Below are positions 8,693-17,482 of a stretch of 26,773 nt of DNA, piece by piece. Source of the DNA: an uncultured Deinococcaceae bacterium (GTDB taxonomy: Bacteria > Deinococcota > Deinococci > Deinococcales > Deinococcaceae); NCBI GenBank assembly GCA_964252075.1, contig CAXULY010000062.1:1-26773 (forward strand). The letters are read 5' to 3'. The position numbers were made by a program, and so were the translations under genes. The notes under the pieces were generated by a model that saw nothing but the letters and a program-made list of their open reading frames with translations, was not told the DNA's origin and ran no database searches. Each line of letters begins with the position of its first letter. The first letter of the stretch is position 1.

Positions 8693-9730
8693 TCAGCGGC
8701 TCGATGTGCCGCTGGTGCCGGTGCTGCTGGTGCCCGAGCCACCCGCCCCGCTGGTGCCGGTCGTCCCGGTGCTGCTGCCGCCGCTCGCTCCGCCCAGCTG
8801 ACGCTGGACCTGCTGCGCCTGCTGCAGGTGCTGCTGAAGCACCGGCAGTTGCTGCGCCGCGAACTGCTGCACCGCACGCGTAGGTGACGAGGCGGCCTGG
8901 CTGTACGAGCGGAAGAGCGCCACGCTCGTGACGTGCGCCGCGACCTGCTGCGCCATGTATGTGGCGTCGAAGGCGGTACCGCTGAGGCCCTGCAGGGTCT
9001 GCAGGAGCTGCTGCTGCGAGGTGTCCACCGTCTGGGGCGGCAGGGCACCGTACTGCGCCGCGAGCGCCTTCAGGGTGCTGGTGGCCTTCGTGTGGTCCGC
9101 GATCATGCGGTTCGCGAAGCTCTTCACGGCCGCGCTCTTGGATTTCTGCAGCGCGATGCGTGAGCTCTGCACCTCGAAGAGGTTGCTGCGCGCGGCCTTG
9201 TCCATGAAGCAGACCTGGTTGGCGCCCAGTGAGGTCAGGCTGCCCGCCGGGCCGGATCCGCTGGCCTGGGCGCTGCCGCCCGCGGTGTTGCCACCGCCAG
9301 CCGCCGGGGAGGACAAGCTGGTCGTGGCGCCGCCGCTGGGGCTGGTGACGCTGCCGGTGCTGCCGCTGCCCCCCGTGATGGAGCCGCCCTGCGGGATGCC
9401 GGTGCTGCCGCCCGTCGTGCCGGTGACGCCGCCCGCACCCCCCGCGCTGCCAGCTCCGCCCGTGGTGCCCGCACTCCCGGACGTGCCGGCCGTGGCGCCC
9501 GCACCCCCCGCGCTGCCGCCCTGCGTGGCGCTGGTGGAGGAACTGGTGGACTTGCAGACCAGCGGCGCCAGCGGGCCCTGCTGGCCGGCCACCGAGGCGC
9601 CCTGCGCGCCGCTCTGCTGGCTGGCGCCGCTCGTCCCCTGCTGCGAGGTGCCGGTCGTCTGTTGCGCCATGGCGCCGAGGCCAGTCACGAGGAACGCCGT
9701 GATGGAGAAAAGACCAATGCTGCGTTTCAT
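8693..9730 (-). CDS. Secreted DUF4142 (ferritin-like) domain protein with long Gly/Ser/Thr linkers
   Basis: AAGGAGG RBS, signal peptide. DUF4142 hallmarks FMDKAARSNLFEVQSSRIA, VKSFANRMIADH, FDATYMAQQVAAH, LPVLQQHL. Confidence 0.88.
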   Translation of the reverse strand: MKRSIGLFSITAFLVTGLGAMAQQTTGTSQQGTSGASQQSGAQGASVAGQQGPLAPLVCKSTSSSTSATQGGSAGGAGATAGTSGSAGTTGGAGSAGGAGGVTGTTGGSTGIPQGGSITGGSGSTGSVTSPSGGATTSLSSPAAGGGNTAGGSAQASGSGPAGSLTSLGANQVCFMDKAARSNLFEVQSSRIALQKSKSAAVKSFANRMIADHTKATSTLKALAAQYGALPPQTVDTSQQQLLQTLQGLSGTAFDATYMAQQVAAHVTSVALFRSYSQAASSPTRAVQQFAAQQLPVLQQHLQQAQQVQRQLGGASGGSSTGTTGTSGAGGSGTSSTGTSGTSSR

Positions 9731-10318
9731 AGTGGGCCTCCTTGCGCGGACGGTGTCCGGCAGCGCGACCTGATGGCGCGGTCGGAGCGTATTGACGCCC
9801 GAACAGTGGGTCCAGCCCGCCATTGCCGGCTGTACGGCCAGTGTCGCTCAGCTCCACCGCTCCCCGTTCCCTAAGGAGGTGAATCGCCACTTGTCCTGAC
9901 CTCACGTGGCCTGGGAGGCCGGTGTAGGTCACTTCATGCCCGATGCTTTTCACTTGCGGCGCGGTTTCGAGCGCATTGCCGCGCCAGGAACCCGCCCATG
10001 CGGTGTGCTGCAGCGGGGGCGCGAAAGGCCGGTGTGGGGCTCATACCCTCCGTTTCACCCGCAATATGGCGCGACGGGCTGCCGTGTGCCCGAGCGTCCA
10101 GACAGCGGCACTTCAGGATTGAGGGGAACGGAGCGAAGGCACGACTGGCCAAAGTGAGGGGGATTCCAGAAGGTGACGAACATCGCGTTGAGGCGCCTGC
10201 AGCGCGCGCCCAGCAGGGCCGCTCCTGCCAGTGTCGGACGTACACACCCTGCGTGCGAGTGCCGGGCCACAGGCCCGCCTCCCGACAAGGCGACCGCGCG
10301 ACGCCGCTGAAGGACGCT

Positions 10319-11635
10319 TCAGCGGTCGCTGATTGGATGGCGCGGCAACGCCCTCCAGAAGGTCGCGCCGTCGTTCACGCGGCCGTCCGCCCAGACGCGC
10401 CCGCCCAGGCGCACCAGCAGGCGCTGCACGACCACGAGGCCCACGCCGGGGCCGGGGAAGTCCGGCTCCGCGTGCAGTTTCCGGAAGGCGCGGAACAGCC
10501 GGTCGCGGGCGCGCATGTTGAACCCCATGCCGTTGTCCCGCACGCACAGCACGTGCTCGGCGGTGTTCTCCTGCACGTACACGCGGATGCGGGGGGTGGC
10601 GGTGCCGCGCGTGGCCTTCACGGCGTTCGAGAGCAGCTGACGGAACACCTCGTGCATCGCCGCGCGGTCCGTGATGACGGTCGGCAGGTCGTCCACGGTG
10701 ACGGTCACGTGGGCGTCCGGGTGAAGGTCGGGCTCCGCGAGGACGTCGGCGACGACGCGGCTGAGGTTCACGGGCGTGAGCTTCAGGCGCCGACTGCTGG
10801 CGTTGGACACGTCCGTCAGGGCCTGGAGTTGCGTCGCCATGCGTTCGGCGAGGGTGTGCGCGGCGTTCAGGCGGCGTTTCAGTTCCTGCTCGGTCACCTC
10901 GGCGGTGGGGGCGGTTTCCGTCAGGAGGTGGCGCAGCGGGGCGCGCAGGTCGTGCGTGACCGCCTCGGACAGCCGTTCGAGTTCCTCGCTGAGCGCCTGC
11001 CGTTCACTGCTGCGCTGCTGCACGCGCGCCTCCAGGGCTTGGTTGAGCCGCATGGACTGCAGCTGCGCCTGCCGGTGGACCGTCTGGTCCACGAGCGCCA
11101 GCAGGCAGCTCGGCGCGGGGCTGTCGTGGTCGCTCGCGACGCACGCGACGTGCGCGGTCCACTGCTGGTCCTCGCCGCGCGTGAGTTCCAGGTCCGCGGC
11201 GCGCTGCGTGTGGGACTCGAAGGTCTGGCGCAGCAGGATCGCGAAGTGACTGCGGCTGCCGGGCGCCACGAACAGCCCGAAGCGGCGGCCGAGCAGCCGC
11301 TCGCGGCTCGTGTTCAGGAGGGCGCAGGCGGCGGCGTTCACCTGCCGCATGGTGCCGTCGGCGTCCAGGACCACGTACCCGACGGGGGCCAGCTCGAAGA
11401 GGCGGGTGTGGCGCTGCAGGGCGGCGTCGAGGTGCCGGTTGGCGCGCTGCAGTTCCTCGTTCTGCAGTTGCAGTTCGATCTGGTGCACGTGCAGTTCGTG
11501 CTGCTGGGCCAGCAGATCACGCGGTCCGGTTGTGGGCGCCTGTGCTCCATCGCTGGATTCAGGCGGCTGGTGTTTGATGCGTTCCTCCGCCGCTTCGCGC
11601 AGGCGTTTCGAGGGGTCATCCTTGCAGGCGCTCAT
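10319..11635 (-). CDS. PAS-domain sensor histidine kinase (cytoplasmic, orphan)
   Basis: GGAGG RBS before MSACKD. HELHVHQIELQLQNEEL coiled coil, PAS-like LFELAPVGY, H-box THDLRAPL, N-box LLSNAVK, G1 DNGMGF, G2 GPGVGL. Confidence 0.88.
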   Translation of the reverse strand: MSACKDDPSKRLREAAEERIKHQPPESSDGAQAPTTGPRDLLAQQHELHVHQIELQLQNEELQRANRHLDAALQRHTRLFELAPVGYVVLDADGTMRQVNAAACALLNTSRERLLGRRFGLFVAPGSRSHFAILLRQTFESHTQRAADLELTRGEDQQWTAHVACVASDHDSPAPSCLLALVDQTVHRQAQLQSMRLNQALEARVQQRSSERQALSEELERLSEAVTHDLRAPLRHLLTETAPTAEVTEQELKRRLNAAHTLAERMATQLQALTDVSNASSRRLKLTPVNLSRVVADVLAEPDLHPDAHVTVTVDDLPTVITDRAAMHEVFRQLLSNAVKATRGTATPRIRVYVQENTAEHVLCVRDNGMGFNMRARDRLFRAFRKLHAEPDFPGPGVGLVVVQRLLVRLGGRVWADGRVNDGATFWRALPRHPISDR

Positions 11636-11801
11636 GGTGATCCTCCGACCGACGGTGAGGGAACGAACGGAGAAGGCGCGAAACGAGCTGACCAGATTGT
11701 CGTTGAATGCACGCTTCTGGACCGTTCGGCTGCATGAACGTGCGTGAAGACTTGCCCGCCCAGTCTGCCCCCGTGGAGACCGGGACGCGCGGGCTGGACG
11801 G

Positions 11802-11807
11802 TACACT
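11802..11807 (+). promoter_or_regulatory. Putative -10 element for a leaderless transcript
   Basis: TACACT 8 nt upstream of ATG 11816, with no clear SD. Confidence 0.4.
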
Positions 11808-11815
11808 TGGGGCAG

Positions 11816-12235
11816 ATGAAGGGCATCCTGTGGTCCCGACCTGCCTTGCTGAGCGTGGCGTGCGCCCTGACGCTCAGTGCGTGTGGCAGCACCCCCGCAC
11901 CCACCCCCCTGTCCGTCACGGGCACGTGGCTCGGCCACGTCGAGGCGGACACCAGCGGCGTGAAGCTCGTGCTGATCCAGGACGGCGACGCGGTCACCGG
12001 CACCTTCTCCTCCGCGAGCCGCAGCACCCCGAACACCTTCAGGCTGTGGGGCAACCTGACGGGCCGCCTGGACGGCCGCACCCTGACCCTGCAGGTGGTG
12101 GGGGACCCCGTGGAGCACCCGAACGCCACCGCGACCTTCCTGGGCATCGTCGAGGGCAACCGGTACGACGGCAACGTCACGACGGTGGCGGGTGAGAGCG
12201 TGGACACCACGCCCTTCACGACGCAGAAACAGTAG
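11816..12235 (+). CDS. Small lipoprotein, predicted beta-rich
   Basis: Signal peptide with lipobox LSAC-G, VTGTWLG strand motif, typical GC-rich codon usage. Confidence 0.78.
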   Translation: MKGILWSRPALLSVACALTLSACGSTPAPTPLSVTGTWLGHVEADTSGVKLVLIQDGDAVTGTFSSASRSTPNTFRLWGNLTGRLDGRTLTLQVVGDPVEHPNATATFLGIVEGNRYDGNVTTVAGESVDTTPFTTQKQ

Positions 12236-12370
12236 GTGGTGCGCCCGGGGCGTTCGTTCAGCCGCTCCACACGTGCGGCTCAAGGGCGCCTGCGTAACTG
12301 AAGTGAATGCACGGCCCGGCCGCCGCGACAGGCGTGAACAGCGGGCCGTGATGCCCATGAGGAGAGCCGC

Positions 12371-14332
12371 ATGATCGCCGACCGGAATGTTAAGGTGACC
12401 GCAAAGAACCGCATAGCCATCGAGGACGTGTACCCGGAACTGGACGGCGGACGCTGGCCGGTGAAGCGCGAAGTGGGAGACCAGCTGGAGGTGCAGGCCG
12501 ACATCTTCCGCGACAGCGCGGACCTGCTGGGCGCCGCTGTCCGGTTCCGCGTGAAGGGCGAAACGGCGTGGCGCGAGGCGCCCATGGCGCTGCTCGACAA
12601 CGACCGCTGGGGCGGCCACTTCACGCTGGACACGGTGGGCCGCTACGAGTTCACGGTGGAGGCCTGGACGGACGAGTTCGGCACGTGGCGGCGCGACATG
12701 CTGCGCCGCCTGGAGGTCGGGCAAGACGTGACCTCCGAGTACCTGCAGGGCCTCAAGCTGATTGATCAGGCGATGACGCGCGGCACCAAGGAGCAGCGCG
12801 CGCAGATCGAGCCGCTGCTGAAGGCCATCCGGAACGCCGGCGACCCGAGTGAGGGCTCGCGCCTCGCAACGGCACCCGAGCTGTACGCGCTGCTGCAGCC
12901 GCTCGCGGACCGCAGCGCCGAGAACACCTACGATCGCGTGCTGGAGGTCGTGGTGGACCGCGTGCGGGCGCGGTACTCGGCGTGGTACGAGCTGTTCCCG
13001 CGCTCCTACGGCAAGAACGGCCAGCACGGCACCTTCAGGGACGTGATCGGCGAGCTGCCGCGCATCGCGGGCATGGGCTTCGACACCTTGTACCTCACGC
13101 CCATCCACCCGATCGGGCGCATCAACCGCAAGGGCAGGAACAATGCCCTGGTGGCGGAGGAGGGCGACGTGGGCTCCCCGTACGGCATCGGGTCGGATGA
13201 GGGCGGGCACACCGCCATTCACCCGCAGCTGGGCACGCTGGAGGACTTCCACGCGCTGCGCGAGGCGGCCGAGCAGCACGGCATGGAAATCGCGCTGGAC
13301 ATTGCGATTCAGGCGGCGCCGGACCACCCGTGGGTGAAGGAGCACCCCGGGTACTTCCACATCCTGCCGGACGGGCACATCAAGTACGCCGAGAACCCCC
13401 CGAAGAAGTACGAGGACATCTACCCCATCAACTTCTACGGCTCGGAGGCGGAGAGCCTCTGGCTGGAACTGGAGGAGATGTTCGAGTACTGGATCGCGCA
13501 GGGCGTGAAGGCCTACCGCATCGACAACCCGCACACGAAGTCCCTGGATTTCTGGGCGTGGCTCATTCCGCGCCTGAAGGAGCGCCACCCGGACGTGATC
13601 CTGCTGGCGGAGGCCTTCACGCGCCCGAAGGTCATGCGGCGCCTCGCGAAGGTGGGCTTCACGCAGTCGTACACGTACTTCACGTGGCGCAACACCAAGG
13701 CGGAACTCACGGAGTACCTGACGGAACTCACGCAGAGTGAGATGAAGGAGTACTACCGCGGGAGCCTGTGGCCGAACACGCACGACATCCTGCACGAGTA
13801 CCTCGTGCACGGCGGCCTGCCGGCCTTCCGCATCCGCCTGACGCTCGCGGCGACCCTATCGAGTGTGTACGGCATCTACTCCGGGTACGAGGTGGGGGAC
13901 AATGAACCGCACCCCGGCAAGGAGGAGTACACCAACAACGAGAAGTACCAGCTGCGCACCTACGACTGGAACGCGCCAGGCAACCTCGTGGAGTACATCA
14001 CGCGCGTGAACGCCATCCGCCGCGAGCACCCCGCGCTGCAGGAGTACGACAACCTGCGCTTCATCGAGACGAACAGCGACAACATCATCGCGTACTACAA
14101 GCGCACGGGCGACGACATCGTCGTGTGCATCGTGACGCTCGACCCGCACCACGTGCAGGACGGCTGGCTGCGCCTCCCGCTGTGGGAGCTGGGCGTGCCG
14201 TACGAGCAGCCGTACACGGTGGTGGACCTCCTGACGGGCGCGAGCTACGGCTGGAACGGCGAGTGGAACTACGTGCGCTTCGACCCGCACTACCAGGTCG
14301 CGCACGTGCTGCAGGTGCGGGGGCAGCGCTGA
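12371..14332 (+). CDS. glgE: Alpha-1,4-glucan:maltose-1-phosphate maltosyltransferase (GH13_3)
   Basis: SAWYELFPRS, RKGRNN, GSPYGIG, YAENPPKKYEDIYP, RIDNPHTK (nucleophile), LAEAFTRP, NTHDIL, EKYQL. AGGAG RBS. Confidence 0.96.
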   Translation: MIADRNVKVTAKNRIAIEDVYPELDGGRWPVKREVGDQLEVQADIFRDSADLLGAAVRFRVKGETAWREAPMALLDNDRWGGHFTLDTVGRYEFTVEAWTDEFGTWRRDMLRRLEVGQDVTSEYLQGLKLIDQAMTRGTKEQRAQIEPLLKAIRNAGDPSEGSRLATAPELYALLQPLADRSAENTYDRVLEVVVDRVRARYSAWYELFPRSYGKNGQHGTFRDVIGELPRIAGMGFDTLYLTPIHPIGRINRKGRNNALVAEEGDVGSPYGIGSDEGGHTAIHPQLGTLEDFHALREAAEQHGMEIALDIAIQAAPDHPWVKEHPGYFHILPDGHIKYAENPPKKYEDIYPINFYGSEAESLWLELEEMFEYWIAQGVKAYRIDNPHTKSLDFWAWLIPRLKERHPDVILLAEAFTRPKVMRRLAKVGFTQSYTYFTWRNTKAELTEYLTELTQSEMKEYYRGSLWPNTHDILHEYLVHGGLPAFRIRLTLAATLSSVYGIYSGYEVGDNEPHPGKEEYTNNEKYQLRTYDWNAPGNLVEYITRVNAIRREHPALQEYDNLRFIETNSDNIIAYYKRTGDDIVVCIVTLDPHHVQDGWLRLPLWELGVPYEQPYTVVDLLTGASYGWNGEWNYVRFDPHYQVAHVLQVRGQR

Positions 14333-14333
14333 C

Positions 14334-15866
14334 ATGACGCACCCCACCATTCAGCACACCGGCCCCCTGGATGAAGCCGCGCTCGCGCGCGCGGTGGCAC
14401 AGGTTCCCCTGGCGTACCTGGAGGCGCGCCGCTGGTACGGCGGGAAGGGCCGCGAGGTGCAGTCCCTGGCACTGGAGGGCGCGCACCGCCTGCCGCTGCC
14501 CGCCGCGCAGGCGTGGTACTGCGTGGTCGGCATCCGCTACGCGGACGGCGGGCACGACCACTACGCCATGCCGCTCATGCTGCACCCCGCCTCGGAAGCG
14601 GGGGACCGCCCGGTGGCCTTCGCGCTGCAAAATGAGTCCGGCGAGGCGCTCGTCGCGACGGACGCCGTGCTCGACTCGTCCTTCACGCTGCTGCTGTACG
14701 ACCTGCTGGAGCGCCAGGAGCGCCTGCCGGGCGGCGCGGGCGAGACGCTCGCGTTCCAGCACACGCCCGTGCTGGGCGAGGTGGCGCGCGCGCACGACCC
14801 GCGCGCGAACATCCGCGTGGTGTCCTCGGAGCAGAGCAACTCCAGCATCATTTACGGCGAGGCGTTCATCCTGAAGCTCTTCCGGCGCCTGGAGGAGGGC
14901 CCCAACCCGGACCTGGAGGTGCTGCGCTTCCTGACGGAACGCACGAACTTCCGGAACGCGCCGCGCATCGCGGGCTTCATCGAGCGCGGCGTGCAGGACG
15001 CCCCGCAGGACGCAACCGCCATCGGGGCGCTGCAGACCTTCGTGCCGAACGAGGGGGACGGCTGGAGTTACACGCTGCAGCGGCTCGCCGCTCAGGGCGA
15101 GGACGCCGCAGCGGACGACGCGCCGCTCATGCGGGACGCCGCCACGCTGGGGCGCATCACGGGTGAGCTGCACGTGGCGCTCGCGACGGGCGACGACCCG
15201 GCCTTCCGGCCCGAGGTGATCACGCCGGCGGACACGCGGCAGTGGGTGAGCGCCCTGGACCACGAGATCACCGAGACGCTGCAGTTGCTGCGCGACGTGA
15301 TGGGCGGCGCGGGCGAGGACGTGCGTCCCCAGCTGGAGGGTCTGCTGGGGGGCGAGGCGCAACTGCGGGAGACGGCGCGCACCCTGCACGAGCTGGGCGC
15401 GGCGGGCACCGTGAAGACCCGCTACCACGGCGATTATCACCTGGGTCAGGTGCTGGTGTCCGGCGGGGATTTCATCATCCTGGATTTCGAGGGGGAGCCC
15501 GCGCGGTCCCTGCGCGAGCGGCGCATGAAGTTCACGCCCATGCGGGACGTGGCGGGCATGCTGCGTTCCCTGTCGTACGCGGCGGCGGCCAGTGTGTTCG
15601 CGCTGCCGGAGGACCAGCAGGTGCGCGGCCAGGCGCGCGCGCAGGCGTGGGAGTCCCGCGCGCGCGAGGCGTTCCTCACGGCGTACCGTGAGGCCGTGCA
15701 GGCGTCCCCGCACGCCCTCGTGCCGCCGGACGCGCAGACGGCGGACCGTGTGCTGCACGCGCTCGAGCTGGAGAAGGCGCTGTACGAGCTGCGGTACGAG
15801 CTGCGCAACCGTCCGGCGTGGTTGCCCGTTCCGCTGCGCGGTATCACGCGCCTGCTGGAAAGCTGA
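14334..15866 (+). CDS. mak: Maltokinase (Mak/Pep2; TreS C-terminal-type)
   Basis: RWYGGKGR, EQSNSS, KLFRRLEEGPNPD, HGDYHLGQVL, DFEGEP, RDVAGMLRS, EKALYELRYE. Directly downstream of glgE. Confidence 0.9.
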   Translation: MTHPTIQHTGPLDEAALARAVAQVPLAYLEARRWYGGKGREVQSLALEGAHRLPLPAAQAWYCVVGIRYADGGHDHYAMPLMLHPASEAGDRPVAFALQNESGEALVATDAVLDSSFTLLLYDLLERQERLPGGAGETLAFQHTPVLGEVARAHDPRANIRVVSSEQSNSSIIYGEAFILKLFRRLEEGPNPDLEVLRFLTERTNFRNAPRIAGFIERGVQDAPQDATAIGALQTFVPNEGDGWSYTLQRLAAQGEDAAADDAPLMRDAATLGRITGELHVALATGDDPAFRPEVITPADTRQWVSALDHEITETLQLLRDVMGGAGEDVRPQLEGLLGGEAQLRETARTLHELGAAGTVKTRYHGDYHLGQVLVSGGDFIILDFEGEPARSLRERRMKFTPMRDVAGMLRSLSYAAAASVFALPEDQQVRGQARAQAWESRAREAFLTAYREAVQASPHALVPPDAQTADRVLHALELEKALYELRYELRNRPAWLPVPLRGITRLLES

Positions 15867-15911
15867 GCGCCCCGCGACTGGAACAGGCGAGTCCAATGAA
15901 CGTCTCCTCTG

Positions 15912-15933
15912 CCCGCCCTTGTGGCGGGTTTTT
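15912..15933 (+). terminator. Rho-independent terminator after glgE-mak
   Basis: CCCGCC-CTTGT-GGCGGG followed by TTTTT. Confidence 0.75.
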
Positions 15934-15946
15934 CGTGGTTTCCTCG

Positions 15947-15975
15947 TTGACACGTCGCTCCGGTCGTGTCACACT
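15947..15975 (+). promoter_or_regulatory. Putative sigma70-type promoter for the LacI gene/iol region
   Basis: TTGACA (15947-52), 17-bp spacer, CACACT preceded by TG. Confidence 0.55.
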
Positions 15976-15983
15976 CCGGGCAC

Positions 15984-15997
15984 TGACAACGTTTGCA
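15984..15997. promoter_or_regulatory. Putative LacI-family operator
   Basis: TGACAACGTTTGCA resembles the LacI/GalR-type TG..AACGTT..CA dyad and lies just downstream of the predicted -10. Confidence 0.55.
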
Positions 15998-16087
15998 GTT
16001 CGGGGCATTGGATGGTCCTCTTGTACCCAGGCGCGTGCGCGCCACAGTGGCGCTTCCCGTTCCTATATTGAAAGGCAAAGCTTTGCC

Positions 16088-17095
16088 ATGAGCAGCCTGG
16101 AAGAAGTCGCCCGACGCGCGCGCGTCTCCCCCTCCACCGTGTCACGCGCCATCGCGCGCCCCGAACGCGTGGCCATCCACACGCGCGAACGGGTGCTGGA
16201 GGCCGTCCGGGAACTTGGGTACCAGCCGAACGAGTTCGCGCGCAGCCTCAGGAGTGGCGGGAGCCGCAGCATCGGGCTGATCGTCACGGACCTCCTGAAC
16301 CCCTTCCACGCGACGCTCGCGAAGGGCGTGCAGGACGCCGCCGACCGCCACGACCTCACGGTGTTCCTGTTCAACAGCGACGAGAAGCCCAGCCAGGAGC
16401 GCCGCGCGCTGGAGACGCTGCGGCGCCACCACCCGCGCGGCCTCATCATCGTGCCGACCGGACGCACGCGCGAGCACCCGCGCCTGCTCGCGGGCCTCAC
16501 GGTCGTGGAACTCGACCGTGCGAGCGGCCTGCCGGGCGCACACACCGTGATGGTGGACAACGAGGACGGCGCGCGCCGCGCCGTGCAGCACCTGATTGCG
16601 CTTGGGCACCAGCGCATCGCGGCGATCACGGGGGACCTCGACGTGAACACCTCCGTGGAGCGCCTGGAGGGGTACCGGGCCGCCCTCCAGGCGGCGGGCC
16701 TGCCGCAGCGCCCGGAGTGGCTGCGCTGCGGGCACCACCGCGAGCAGGGCGGCCATCAGGCGGCGCGCGAGCTGCTCACGCCGCCGGAACACGAGCGCCC
16801 CACGGCGCTGTTCGTGACGAACAGCGAAATGACCCTGGGCGCCCTGCTCGCCGCGCGCGCGCTGGGCCTCAGCATCCCGCGCGACGTGTCCCTGGTGGGT
16901 TTCGACGACTCCCGCTGGGCGCAGGTCACGCAGCCGGCCGTGTCGGTCGTCGCGCAACCCACCTACGACCTGGGCTTCACCGCCTGCGAGACGCTGCTGT
17001 CCCTGCTGAGGCGCGGGCCAGGCCCGCAGGCGACCAGCGTGCGCCTCGCCACAACCTTCGTCCCCCGTGAATCCACCGGCCCACCGATCAGCTGA
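16088..17095 (+). CDS. LacI-family transcriptional regulator, probable iol operon regulator
   Basis: HTH SLEEVARRARVSPSTVSR, LGYQPN..ARSL hinge, IPRDVSLVGFDD, C-terminal RESTGP. Confidence 0.93.
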   Translation: MSSLEEVARRARVSPSTVSRAIARPERVAIHTRERVLEAVRELGYQPNEFARSLRSGGSRSIGLIVTDLLNPFHATLAKGVQDAADRHDLTVFLFNSDEKPSQERRALETLRRHHPRGLIIVPTGRTREHPRLLAGLTVVELDRASGLPGAHTVMVDNEDGARRAVQHLIALGHQRIAAITGDLDVNTSVERLEGYRAALQAAGLPQRPEWLRCGHHREQGGHQAARELLTPPEHERPTALFVTNSEMTLGALLAARALGLSIPRDVSLVGFDDSRWAQVTQPAVSVVAQPTYDLGFTACETLLSLLRRGPGPQATSVRLATTFVPRESTGPPIS

Positions 17096-17482
17096 GGACC
17101 GCCCTGCTACCGCCGACGTGCAGCACCCCTCAATTCCTGGAGGTTCCCCTGAAGCCCAACGTTGACCACATAAGCGACTCCGCACCCACGGACCTGCAGT
17201 TGGCACCCATTGATCTTGCTTCCACAGATACGCGCATTCAGTGCACCGTTCCTGGCCGCTGTCCCAGCGAGAACCGCGCGGTGGACGTGCGGGCGGTGCC
17301 GAGCACGTCCGGCATCTTGACCTTGACAGCATTTAGGCGTTCACCAGGGCGGCATGCAGGGCGCCCGGAACATGACGGTCACAGTGGCGGGGGCCATCAA
17401 ACATGAGGCAGCACGCACCTGAAAGGATGAACATGGCTGGCTTCACGAACACACGGTTGATCCGGACGGGCAGGCTCGGCGC

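Noticed and set aside
8682..9953. 663-aa version of the WGxxGxxG protein
   Set aside because: The upstream part is an alternative frame of the DUF4142 gene. The signal peptide begins at 8681.
11636..13810. N-terminal ~720 aa of the 1163-aa minus-strand ORF (apparent giant kinase fusion)
   Set aside because: It is the antisense shadow of glgE and the lipoprotein gene. The kinase has its own GGAGG RBS and ATG at 11635.
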